Below, piece after piece: positions 18,168 through 28,088 of a stretch of 64,000 bases of DNA. Source of the stretch: Tagaea sp. (GTDB lineage: Bacteria > Pseudomonadota > Alphaproteobacteria > CACIAM-22H2); NCBI GenBank assembly GCA_965279525.1, contig CBDIIB010000005.1, positions 800,001-864,000 of the forward strand, written 5' to 3'. Within the stretch, counting starts at the first letter, position 1; each line of letters starts with the position of its first letter. The notes beneath the pieces were generated by a model, which saw only the letters and a program-made list of their open reading frames with translations, was not told the origin of the DNA and made no database searches. A program made the translations under genes and the position numbers.

Positions 18168-19800
18168 CGTTCCATCACCCGCTTGAATGCCCATTTGACC
18201 GACACGCCGCGCGCGTCGGCGGTACCGACGGCGACGATCTGGTCGCTGCGGCGTGCCGTCCCGCGTGCGGCAAACGAAACGCTTTCTCCCAATTCGAGGG
18301 AGGCACCGGCGGCCTGCAGGCGCCACGCCTGGCCGCTCGGCGTGCGCAGCAGGGCCGCTGCCCCGTTCTGGACGATCGATGCCTGCAGTTCGGGCGCCAG
18401 ATGGAATCGCACCGCGAAGCGGGCACTCGCCGAGACCCGCGCACCCTCGACGGGAACGAGCGAGTCCTCGCCGCGCACGTCGCGACCGTCGTTCGCCACG
18501 AAGATCCGGCGGACATGGAGGAATCCGAAATCGCGCACGTATCCGTCGTGCTTCATTTCGAGCCAGATGTTGCCGTCGACCTCGTCGCGTTGGCCCGTCA
18601 CATGCGGGACGCGCCGGGTCAGTCCGCCGGGAATGGGCTCGCTCGAGCTCGTATCCTCGAGCGTCAGCGTGGAGTGTGCCGGCGTGGCGCGCAATGCGAG
18701 CGACCAGTCGGAATTGTCGCCGGGACCTGCACCGCAATTGGCGACGATGCGGTCGCGTCCGCTCGACATCTCGAAGGCGAGGGCGCCGGCGTGGGCGAAC
18801 GCGTCGAAGCCGGGGCCGGGGGGCGCGCCGCAATCGGCGATCAGCAGCAGCCTGTCCACGGCCACGCGCTCGAAGCCGGCGGCACGTGCACTCGACGGCG
18901 CCGCATCGGCCGAACCCGCGCGCGCGAGGACGGCATCGATCCGGCGCGGATCGCCGGCGTTGGTATTCTCGAAAAGCGCGAATCCGCCGTCGCCGTGGCG
19001 GAAGAACCGCACGGCAGGGACAAGCGCGTCGATGGCGGCGTTCAGGTCGGCAGGCGCGCCGACATCGCAGATCTCGAGCGCGCCGCGCGCCGCGGTCAGC
19101 AGTGCCAGCGCTTCGAACTGGGCGCCGCCGCCCCGCGCCGCGTGGAATCCGTCGTCGAGAAGCTGGCGGCGCGCTTCGCTTCCCCAGACGCTGGGCGGTC
19201 GCGGCGATCCCGCGACCGGATACGAGGCCGCATGCCTGCGCGTGGACAAGCCCGCATAGGGCGACGAGCCGCTGCATGCCGAAAGGCGCCGACTGTCGCG
19301 GCGCGCACGAGATGACGTGCCTGGCGTGCGGCCGATTCGAGGAACAGCGGTCCGAAATGGTCGCCCTCGCCGCGCGACAGGAACGGCGCATGCGTCAGCC
19401 ACGCGGTGAGGCGTCGTCCGGTCAACGCCGGCTCCCAGGCGCCGCGCCGCCAGCCGGGGTTCGCCACGATCCAGTCCTCGACCAGTATCCGTGCGCGCGA
19501 CTGCGCGGCTTCGGTTCCGCACGCGGCGAGGTCGTCGAGCCATTCGAACGAATTGAGCTCGTCGAATGCGGCGTCGGAGATTCCGGTGGCGAACCAGTCG
19601 ACCCTTTCGGCCGGCAGGGCGCGCCCGGCGCACACCAGCTTGCCGCCGACGATGGCTTCGCCCCGCGCCGCCGAGCCGGCGAGCGGGCCCGGAACCAGGC
19701 GCGCGAGGCGCCGCGGCGCGCGCCCTTTCAGAAGCAACCCGTAGAACGGCGTCGCGTGCCAGAAATCTGACCAGCGCGAGCGCCCCTTGCGCTTGCCCAT
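18164..19800 (-). CDS. Heparinase II/III-like protein, with two frameshifts (~19295, ~19180)
   Basis: WEPALTGRRL in one frame, GMQRLVALCGL in a second, RQLLDDGFH...HAGALAFE...ATPAHSTL in a third. Confidence 0.8.
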
Positions 19801-19803
19801 CGA

Positions 19804-20480
19804 CTAGACCTCGCGCAGCGCGCGCAGATTGGCCTCGTAGCGCGAGCGCCCGCCTGCGAACGCGGCCGTTCCGGCGACGAGAACGTCGGCGCCGGCCGCG
19901 CGGACGCGCCGGGCGATTTCCGGATTGATGCCGCCGTCGACCTCGAGATCGATGCGCCGGTCGCTGCCGGCGCAAAGCAGGTCGATGCGCGCGCGGAGTG
20001 CGGCGATCTTCTCGATGGCGCCGGGAATGAAGCCCTGCCCGCCGAAGCCCGGATTGACCGACATCACGAGAACGAGATCGACGTCCGCCAGCAGCGGAAA
20101 CACGGATTCGACCGGCGTGCCGGGATTGATCGCGAGCCCGGCGCGCTTGCCGAGACCGCGCACGAGCTGCAGCGTCCGGTGGATGTGGGGTCCCGCCTCG
20201 GGATGCACGGTGATGATGTCGGCACCCGCTTCGGCGAACGCCGCGACGTAGGGATCGACCGGCGAAATCATCAGATGCACGTCGAACGGCCGGTCGGTAT
20301 GCGGGCACGCAATGCCCGGACCACGGCCGGCCCGATCGTGAGGTTGGGAACGAAATGCCCGTCCATGACATCGACATGGATGTAATCGGCACCCGCCGCC
20401 GTGATCGCCCGGACCTCGTTACCGAGATCGGCGAAATCGGCCGCGAGAATTGACGGCGAAAGTCGGAGGGGCAGCTGCAA
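19804..20480 (-). CDS. rpe: Ribulose-phosphate 3-epimerase, frameshifted near 20305
   Basis: [23 protein letters not shown] in one frame; [21 protein letters not shown] in another. Confidence 0.9.
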
Positions 20481-20675
20481 TTCGCAAAGGTCCGGCAGGT
20501 CGTGTGACTTGAAGCGTCCATATAGCAGGTTGGTTCCAGCGGATGAATGCCCGTGGAACCGGCCGCAAGGCATTTATCAGATGGCTTTCCGGCGGACCGT
20601 CGGTATAATGAGCCGAATATTCTGCTAAGTACCTGAAAATCCTTAGAAAATTCGAGATTTCAGACACGCCGACCG

Positions 20676-22868
20676 ATGCCGACATCACCGATCATCAGGG
20701 TATTTCGTGCTGTCTTGGGCATCGTCGCGGTCGTGCTGGCTGCGAGCCTGGCAGAACCCGTCCGGGCGCAGCCCAAAGCCGCGCTGCCGTCGATGATTTC
20801 GGCGGACGAAGTCACTTCCGACGAAGAGTTCGGCATCGTGACCGCGAGCGGCAATGTCGAGGTCACGCAAGGCGAGCAGCTGCTTAAGGCGGACACGCTT
20901 TCCTACAATCAAAAGTCCGGCATCATCACGGCATCGGGGAATGTCAGCCTCGTCGATGCCGACGGCGCGGTCATCTTCGCGGATTTCATCGAGCTTACCG
21001 GCGATTTCCGCGAAGGCATGATCCAGAATTTCCGCGCACTGATGGCGGACCAGTCGCGCTTCGCGTCCGTGACGGCGAAGCGGTCCGACGGCACGCGCAC
21101 GGTCATGCGGCGCGCGACATACAGCCCTTGCCAGCCCTGCGCCGACAATCCCACGCGCGCACCGGTCTGGCAGATCCGCGCGGAGCGGATCACGCACGAC
21201 CAGACCGCGAAAGACGTCACCTACAAGAACGCCTGGATCGAGTTCGGCGGCGTCCCCGTCGCCTTCACGCCCTACATGTCGCATCCCGACGGCACGGAAA
21301 ATCGCCGGTCGGGCTTCCTGATGCCCGACTTCGGTTCGTCGTCGCAGGTCGGAACGATGGTCGGCGTGCCGTACTATTGGGTGATCGGGCCGTCGGCCGA
21401 CGCGACGGTCACGCCGATTGCCCTTTCGAACGACCTTCCGATGCTGGCCGCCGAGTATCGCGAGCGCGCCCGCAACGGCCAGGTCGAGTACCGCGGCGCC
21501 TTCATGAAGACGCGGCGCGAAGGCGAAGGTTTCGGCGATCATCGCGGCTACTTCAGCGGACGCGGCAACTTCGACATCGACAACGACTGGCGCTGGGGCT
21601 TCGATGGCTCACGCGCGACGGACAAGACGTTCATCGACCGCTACCGCATGCGCCAGCGTTTCGCCTTCCTCGACCAGAACGTGCTCGAGAGCCGTCTCTA
21701 CACCGAAGGCTTCCGCGACCGCGGCTATGCCGCAATGAACGCCTTCAGCTACCAGGGCCTTCGGCCGGAAGACAGCACGTCGACCGCACCGCTCGTCCTG
21801 CCCGCCGCGGAATACAGCTGGTACGGCCAGCCGGGAACCTCCGGCGGACGCTTCGCCTTCGAGGCGAACTCGGCGTCGATCTACCGCAGCCAAGGGCTAC
21901 GCGCGCAGCGCGGCTCGATGGTCGCCAGCTGGCTCCTGCCCTACACGACGAACAGCGGCGAGGTCTATTCGCTCGGTGCCTCGCTGCAGGGCGATCTGTT
22001 CCACACGAGCCGGATCGCGTCGACGACGCGCGAATTCCGCCCCGAGGAAGACGGCGTCAATACGCGCGTGATGCCGGAAATTTCGCTCGGCTGGCGCTAT
22101 CCGCTCGTCCGGCCGTTGGCGTCGGGCCGCCTGCTCGTCGAGCCCGTCGCGGCGATCTATGCCGCCCCGAATCTCGGCAACCAGGCATACCTGCCCAACG
22201 AGGACAGCCTCGGCTTCACGTTCGACGATACGAACCTTTTCCGGCGCAACCGGTTCTCCGGGTTCGATCGCCTCGAAAGCGGGGTCCGGACGGTCTATGG
22301 CGCCAACACGGAATATTCGAACGTGCGCGGCCAGCGCTATTCGGTCTTCCTCGGCCAGCAGTTCCGTTCGCGGACGGAAGCCGCCGCGAGTGCGGGTTCG
22401 GGGATCGACACGCGGTTTTCGGATTTCGTCGGCCGCGTCCAGGCAATTCCGCACGCGTGGGTTACAGCGACGTATCGTTTCCAGGTCGACAGCGCCAGTC
22501 GCGAACTTCTCCGGTCGGTCAGCTCGATGTCGCTCGGGCCAGCGCCGCTACGCTATTCGCTCTCGCACGTGCGGATCGACCGCGCCCTTCAGCCGACGGC
22601 CCAGGCATCGATCAACCAGCTCGGCCATTCGGTAACGGCCGTGCTCTCGGAGTTCTGGCGCGTCCAGGGCCGCGTCATCCAGCAGCTCGGCGCGGATGAC
22701 GGCGTCCTGGTGGCGGGCGGAACACTCATCTACGAAGACGACTGCTTCGTGTGGGGACTCGACCTGACGCGGCGCAACATCGGCCGGGCCGAAATTCCGC
22801 CGGATACAGCGCTGCTGTTCCGGATCGCGCTCCGGAATCTCGGCGAGCTTTCGCTCCGCGGATTCTGA
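20676..22868 (+). CDS. lptD: LPS-assembly outer-membrane protein LptD
   Basis: Signal peptide, OstA-like domain (ASGNV), YSPCQPC, RRSGFLMP, beta-barrel, YEDDC near C-terminus. Confidence 0.9.
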   Translation: MPTSPIIRVFRAVLGIVAVVLAASLAEPVRAQPKAALPSMISADEVTSDEEFGIVTASGNVEVTQGEQLLKADTLSYNQKSGIITASGNVSLVDADGAVIFADFIELTGDFREGMIQNFRALMADQSRFASVTAKRSDGTRTVMRRATYSPCQPCADNPTRAPVWQIRAERITHDQTAKDVTYKNAWIEFGGVPVAFTPYMSHPDGTENRRSGFLMPDFGSSSQVGTMVGVPYYWVIGPSADATVTPIALSNDLPMLAAEYRERARNGQVEYRGAFMKTRREGEGFGDHRGYFSGRGNFDIDNDWRWGFDGSRATDKTFIDRYRMRQRFAFLDQNVLESRLYTEGFRDRGYAAMNAFSYQGLRPEDSTSTAPLVLPAAEYSWYGQPGTSGGRFAFEANSASIYRSQGLRAQRGSMVASWLLPYTTNSGEVYSLGASLQGDLFHTSRIASTTREFRPEEDGVNTRVMPEISLGWRYPLVRPLASGRLLVEPVAAIYAAPNLGNQAYLPNEDSLGFTFDDTNLFRRNRFSGFDRLESGVRTVYGANTEYSNVRGQRYSVFLGQQFRSRTEAAASAGSGIDTRFSDFVGRVQAIPHAWVTATYRFQVDSASRELLRSVSSMSLGPAPLRYSLSHVRIDRALQPTAQASINQLGHSVTAVLSEFWRVQGRVIQQLGADDGVLVAGGTLIYEDDCFVWGLDLTRRNIGRAEIPPDTALLFRIALRNLGELSLRGF

Positions 22869-22874
22869 CTCGCT

Positions 22875-23389
22875 TCAGCTACCCGACACCGGGCGCTTGA
22901 GCGCCAGGGCAAGCTGGTTGCGGATATCGTCGGCAATGAGCGACAGGACGCGGCTGCGCGCATCCTCGAGGCTTGCCCGGGTCGCGTACTCCGAAACGGT
23001 GATCTCGTAGTCCGTCGTGAACGCGCTCGAACCCGTCGCGATCGAGCGGCCCGGGGGTCGCTCAGGTCGAACGTCGCGACGGCCGAATAGCTGCTCCGGC
23101 TGATCACGTCGTCGCGACGCAGCGCGATCGTCTGGCGCGGCTCCTGAAGACGGATCGTCAGGGCGTACTGTGGAGAGGCTGCAGCACCGCGCGGCGTCAG
23201 GCTGTCGAGCAGCGCGTTGCGCAGGATCTGGCCCGAGCGATCCGGGATCGGAGCGATGCGGATCGCGGCGAGTTCATCGGAGACCGAACTGCTGCCGGAC
23301 TGACGGCCGAGCAGCGGCTGGAATCCGCACCCGACGAGCAGCATCGCGCAGAGGAAGATCGCGGCAAAGCGGCACTGAAAGCTGGACAA
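22875..23389 (-). CDS. lptE: LPS-assembly lipoprotein LptE, frameshifted near 23052
   Basis: AGGAG + TTG start; lipobox LVGC then GFQPL; PDRSGQILRNAL; shifted frame continues SEYAT...LIADDIRNQLALAL. Confidence 0.8.
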
Positions 23390-23400
23390 AGCCTGCACTC

Positions 23401-24273
23401 CTAGACGTGGCCGATTCCGGCCTGCATTGCAGTGTCGGCGCGCGACGAGGCGCCGAACCTGTGCAAAGTCAAGAATAGCCGATTGAATGTCGCATCGGGA
23501 AGGGCTGCGGTCGCCAGCAGCAGGACCCAGACGAGCGAAAGCGGATGGGTCGACGGGCGGCCGCGCCATTCCCGCCACAGTCCGGACAGCGCGCGAACGG
23601 AATAGATATCCGCGTGCTTCGCGCGGATGCGCCGCCACAGCGCAGCGTGGCGGCGCTGCGACACGCTCTGAAGCATGCCGGTCGACTGGCGGCGATAGCG
23701 AAACAGGGGCGACTCGACCTGGATACCGCGGACGCCAAGCTTGGAGAGCCGGATGTTGAACTCCCAGTCCTCGTAGCCTTCGCGCATCGCCTCGTCGTAG
23801 CCGCCAGCGCCCTCCCAGACTGCCCGCCGCATCAGCAGGCAGTAGGGCAGCTGGTTCGTCGCAAGCTGCTCGAACAGGTTCCACGTCTTGCGGACGATCC
23901 CGCGCTCGTCGCCGAAGACCTCGATCTGCGCGTAGGCGTAGCCGGCGTCGGGCGACGCCTCGAGGGCGGCGACCGTCCGCGCGAGCATGTCGGGCGCGAT
24001 CTCGTCGTCGGCATCGAGCGGCAATACGTACGTTCCACTTGCGGCCGCAAAACCAGCATTGCGCGCCGACGACAGTCCACCGTTCGACTTGCGCACAAGC
24101 CGCACGTCGTCACCGACGGATTCGAGAAACGCCGAAGTTGCCGGGTCGGTCGAACCGTCATCGACGATGACGATCTCATAGTCGAGGAAGCTTTGCGCGC
24201 GCACACTCGCCAGAACATCGGCGAGATAGCGGTGCGCGTTGTAGCAGGGGATGACGACGCTGATCTTAGGCAT
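23401..24273 (-). CDS. GT2 glycosyltransferase
   Basis: VVIPCYN, VDDGSTD, LDADD, YEDWEF. Confidence 0.9.
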   Translation of the reverse strand: MPKISVVIPCYNAHRYLADVLASVRAQSFLDYEIVIVDDGSTDPATSAFLESVGDDVRLVRKSNGGLSSARNAGFAAASGTYVLPLDADDEIAPDMLARTVAALEASPDAGYAYAQIEVFGDERGIVRKTWNLFEQLATNQLPYCLLMRRAVWEGAGGYDEAMREGYEDWEFNIRLSKLGVRGIQVESPLFRYRRQSTGMLQSVSQRRHAALWRRIRAKHADIYSVRALSGLWREWRGRPSTHPLSLVWVLLLATAALPDATFNRLFLTLHRFGASSRADTAMQAGIGHV

Positions 24274-25039
24274 TTCCTGTACCCGCAATGGGCCTGCACT
24301 GCGCCCAGATCTCGCCCCAGAGCGTCACGCGCTCGACGATCGAAAGACACGCCGCCGCCATTTCCGCGGCGAACTCCGCCTGCGTGTGTTCGATGAAATG
24401 CTCGGGATCCGACATCCAGCTGGCACCGACTTCGCGTCGCATGGCCATCTTCCAGTCCCGTTCGAACAACGGCACGCGAACAAGAATTGTGGACGGCCGC
24501 GCCGTCGCGACGAGTGCCTTGAGGAATCCAATACGATCCTCGATATGCTCAAGCACATTCGACAACACGACGACGTTCCAGGGACCCGCAGGCAACGAGA
24601 CCGTCGCGTTCGCACGGGTAAAGGAGAGATTGGACGGGTTGTCGGCGGCTTGCGCCGCCGCAAGACGACCTTCGTCGAGTTCGACACCCAGGACCGTTGC
24701 CAACGGACGGGCACGCGCGATGGATCGCGCAACAGCACCGTAACCGCAGCCGACATCCAGCACACGCGCGCCGTCGGCGATGCGCTCGACGAAGAAATCG
24801 TGATAGCGCGTAAGACGATGCTTGGGGTGCTCGCCCCGGCCAAGCGCCGTCGCGCGCTCGTTGATGGCGAGATCGAGCGTGTCTTCGATCGCGAAGAGAT
24901 TGCGAAGGCCGGCTTGCGCGCCGCCCGCGCGACCTTCCAGAACGAACAGGCCGAGCGCCGCAGCGCGGCGCAATCGCATGGGCAGCAGCCCCCATATCGC
25001 CGCCACGGGATCCGCCAGTCGGAGCAAGAATGCCTTCAT
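24266..25039 (-). CDS. SAM-dependent methyltransferase
   Basis: VLDVGCGYG, SNVLEHI. Confidence 0.88.
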   Translation of the reverse strand: MKAFLLRLADPVAAIWGLLPMRLRRAAALGLFVLEGRAGGAQAGLRNLFAIEDTLDLAINERATALGRGEHPKHRLTRYHDFFVERIADGARVLDVGCGYGAVARSIARARPLATVLGVELDEGRLAAAQAADNPSNLSFTRANATVSLPAGPWNVVVLSNVLEHIEDRIGFLKALVATARPSTILVRVPLFERDWKMAMRREVGASWMSDPEHFIEHTQAEFAAEMAAACLSIVERVTLWGEIWAQCRPIAGTGNA

Positions 25040-26136
25040 TGCGTCAACGTCTCGAAAACGGCTCGATGACGCGCGATCCAGTGACCGATATCGAATCGCG
25101 CCACCGCGCGCGCGCGCGCCGCCGCACCAAGCCCGTGTCGATCAGCGACTACGCCGCGCATCGCTTCAGCTAGCTCTTCCTCGTCCGGAACCTGAGGCTC
25201 GTCCCAAGATTCGACAACCGGCACGCCCGCACCCGCTTCACCGACCAGCTCCGGAACACCGCCGCTGGCCGAAAACACGATCGGAAGCCCGCACGCCATC
25301 GCCTCGATGACGGCGTTCGGGCAGGCATCGTTATGTTTGGTCGATACATAGACATGCGCGGCACGATAGATGTCGGGTGCTTCAGCTTGCGTATAGCGGC
25401 CCTTGAATTCGATACGATCGGCGACACCAAGTTCTGCTGCAATCTCTCGCGCACGCTCGACCACAGTCGACGCAGCCCAGCCCGCCAGCCGCAGGCGTGC
25501 ATCGAGCCCGCTGTCGACGACGCGCGCAAAACCGCGAATCGCATTCTCGATGCGATAAAAAAGATGTGAATCCATCTTGCCCGTCATCAGGAAAACGATC
25601 GGCCCCTCGGGTGCGGCGGCGGCGGGCGTGAAGCGCGACGTATCGACCGCGTTGTAGAGGACCTCGCCCGGTCCTTCGCGCTGACCGAGGAAGAGGTTGG
25701 CGCCACGGCGGCAGAACTCGCTCTGCCAGAACACGTGTGCGGCCTGCCTGTACGTGCGAGCCATGCGCACATTCTCGCCGCGCCAGTCGCCGCGATACCA
25801 CGCCGGATAGAACAGGCCGTTCTGGTTGTGCACGATCGGAATGCCGCGCAGCCGAAGCACGGCGAGCGCGAAGTCCGGCATATACGGAGCGTTACTCAAC
25901 GTGTAGACCAGATTATATTTCGCGCGGTGCTCGGGGAAATACTCGACCAGCCGGCGAACCTTGACGAGTGGTCCGCCGACGTCACCGACGAGCGCGCCGC
26001 CGTAATACACGCGCGGCGCGCCCCTCGCCCCCGAGAATGGGATGGTTGCCAGCGTACCAATGCCCAAAGCGACGGCATAGGCCGTGCGCGCAACGGCCTT
26101 GCCCGGCGAGATATCGCGTCGGAAATCGTCGGTCAT
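25036..26136 (-). CDS. GT4 glycosyltransferase
   Basis: NAVDTSRF, DACPNAVIEAMACGLPIV; ATGA overlap. Confidence 0.88.
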   Translation of the reverse strand: MTDDFRRDISPGKAVARTAYAVALGIGTLATIPFSGARGAPRVYYGGALVGDVGGPLVKVRRLVEYFPEHRAKYNLVYTLSNAPYMPDFALAVLRLRGIPIVHNQNGLFYPAWYRGDWRGENVRMARTYRQAAHVFWQSEFCRRGANLFLGQREGPGEVLYNAVDTSRFTPAAAAPEGPIVFLMTGKMDSHLFYRIENAIRGFARVVDSGLDARLRLAGWAASTVVERAREIAAELGVADRIEFKGRYTQAEAPDIYRAAHVYVSTKHNDACPNAVIEAMACGLPIVFSASGGVPELVGEAGAGVPVVESWDEPQVPDEEELAEAMRGVVADRHGLGAAARARAVARFDIGHWIARHRAVFETLTQ

Positions 26137-26942
26137 CGGGCCGGTTTGCGGGCGATACCCATCAACATGTGCGCGCACAGGCCCGACCACACGAACGGCG
26201 AGAGGCCGCGACCGAGCGCCTTGGCAATTTTCGTATCGTAGTGGAGACCGAACCACTGCCATAGCAGTCGCACGATCCCCTGCCGCTTCGCGACGGGCAC
26301 GAGATCGAGAACCTCGAAACCATTGTTTGCGAGATAGCCGCGCATTTCTCCGCGCGTGAGGCGCCATTGATAGAAGCGCGTGTGCTGGCAGGCGGCTTCC
26401 GTCCGTCGCTCCCCGTCGAAGGCGGCAGCGAGGGCGTGCCGAAGGTTGTCGAAGGGCGTCGTTATGAAGAGATAACCGCCGGGCTTGAGAACGCGCATAG
26501 CCTCGATCAGGCAAGGATCGAGGCCGCTCTCGAAGTGCTCGAAAGTGCCCCACGAGAAATAGGCGTCGAATGACGAATCCGGAAATCCGGTCGCGCGTAT
26601 GTCGCCCGCCCGGAACTCGATGTTCGGAAAGACCGAACGCAGTTGCGCGATGGTCTCTTGCGAAAGGTCTAGTCCGACCGTCGCGTAGCCGAGGCCGGCT
26701 AGGTGGGCGGTCCATTCGCCGAGTCCGCAGCCACCGTCCAGGATCCGGGCGCCTGCGGGAAGGCGCTTCAGATACGGCCACATGAGCTGGAACTCTTCCT
26801 GCCGAGGCACGCGGGAAGTCGACCCGCTCGGCCCGCCCATCCGCTTCCACACTTCCGTCCAATGCGCGGCGATATGCGTCGCTTCGTCACGGGAGGCCGT
26901 TTCGGCAGCGACAGCCATATAGTCCTTACGCATTTTTCTCAC
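26133..26942 (-). CDS. SAM-dependent methyltransferase (start may be 26933)
   Basis: ILDGGCGLG, FDAYFSWGTFEH, LKPGG. Confidence 0.88.
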   Translation of the reverse strand: MRKMRKDYMAVAAETASRDEATHIAAHWTEVWKRMGGPSGSTSRVPRQEEFQLMWPYLKRLPAGARILDGGCGLGEWTAHLAGLGYATVGLDLSQETIAQLRSVFPNIEFRAGDIRATGFPDSSFDAYFSWGTFEHFESGLDPCLIEAMRVLKPGGYLFITTPFDNLRHALAAAFDGERRTEAACQHTRFYQWRLTRGEMRGYLANNGFEVLDLVPVAKRQGIVRLLWQWFGLHYDTKIAKALGRGLSPFVWSGLCAHMLMGIARKPAR

Positions 26943-26995
26943 TTGCTCCTAGCCGGCAGGGCCACCAGTTACTTATTCCGATAGTCATACGGGAC

Positions 26996-27014
26996 GGTCA
27001 ATAAGAACTTGACG
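26996..27014. promoter_or_regulatory. Back-to-back divergent -35-like hexamers
   Basis: GGTCAA-taagaac-TTGACG: TTGACC on minus and TTGACG on plus, between divergent genes. Confidence 0.4.
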
Positions 27015-27083
27015 CGCCCGCCGCCCCTCGTCTACGCCACGACAGAACTGCAACGTCCCGAGCGGACGACGAACAGAGTGAAC

Positions 27084-28088
27084 ATGCCCAAGATTGAAGT
27101 TTCCGGACGCAAAGTAGCAGTCACTGGCGGCGCCGGGCTGATCGGATCGTTCCTCGTCGAAGAACTTTTGATACGCGAAGCAAAGGTCGTCGTCGTCGAC
27201 GACTTTTCGACCGGCTTGCGCAGCCATGTGGCTCAGGCCGAGAAGCGTATCGAGTTGCGCGAAGGCGATCTCGAACGGCCTGGCTTCGCCCTCGAGGCGC
27301 TCGAAGGGGCCGATATCGTCTTCCATCTTGCAAGCCGCGCCTTCGGCGTGGGATATGGCGCCTCTCGGCATCTTGAGATCTGCCTGCACAACGAGCGCGT
27401 GACCAACAATGTCGTGGAAGCGCTCGCGCGGCATCGGCCCGCATTCGCGCTTGCGGTTTCATCTTCGTGCGTACACCGGGATGACGGACCGGACACCTTC
27501 CCCGAGCTGCCGGTCTATGACGGCGACCCGGAACGGGCGAACAGCGGCTATGGCTGGGCGAAGCGCTTTCTCGAAACGAAGTTCGCGATGATGTCCCAGG
27601 CGAGCGGTGTTCCTGTCGTCCTCGCGCGCCCGGTCAACATCTACGGCGAGCGCTATCGCTGGCGCGGCGCCAACAGCCAGGCGATCCCGATGCTCGTCCA
27701 CAAGGTCATGAGCGGCATGGATCCGGTCATCATCTGGGGGAGCGGACTCCAGCGGCGCAACTACATGCACGCCAGCGACTGCGCGACGATCCTGTGCCGT
27801 CTGGTGGAGGCGAATGCCGCCGGCCAGACCGTCAATGTCGGGTTCGAAGACACCGTGTCGATGGCCGATCTTGCCGCGGCAATCATCGAGGTGACGGGCA
27901 CTAATGTACGAACCGTGTTCGACACAACGAAACCCGAGGGACGCTTCGTGAAGTCGGCCGATTCGACGCGCCTGCGCTCGATCGTCGGCAACGCCGCGCC
28001 GGCGATCGGCCTGCGCGATGGACTCGCCCGTATGGCAGGCTGGTTCCGGGCGCTTCCTGAAAACGACAGGCGGCCGCTTCAAGGCTAG
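27084..28088 (+). CDS. NAD-dependent nucleotide-sugar epimerase (GDP-mannose 3,5-epimerase-like SDR)
   Basis: VTGGAGLIGS, SSSC, YGWAK, NIYG, IWGSG. Confidence 0.85.
   Translation: MPKIEVSGRKVAVTGGAGLIGSFLVEELLIREAKVVVVDDFSTGLRSHVAQAEKRIELREGDLERPGFALEALEGADIVFHLASRAFGVGYGASRHLEICLHNERVTNNVVEALARHRPAFALAVSSSCVHRDDGPDTFPELPVYDGDPERANSGYGWAKRFLETKFAMMSQASGVPVVLARPVNIYGERYRWRGANSQAIPMLVHKVMSGMDPVIIWGSGLQRRNYMHASDCATILCRLVEANAAGQTVNVGFEDTVSMADLAAAIIEVTGTNVRTVFDTTKPEGRFVKSADSTRLRSIVGNAAPAIGLRDGLARMAGWFRALPENDRRPLQG

Noticed and set aside
17175-20521. Apparent long fusion ORFs (738 aa and 785 aa)
   Set aside because: Explained by galE and by frameshifted heparinase-like segments sharing open frames; not true fusions.
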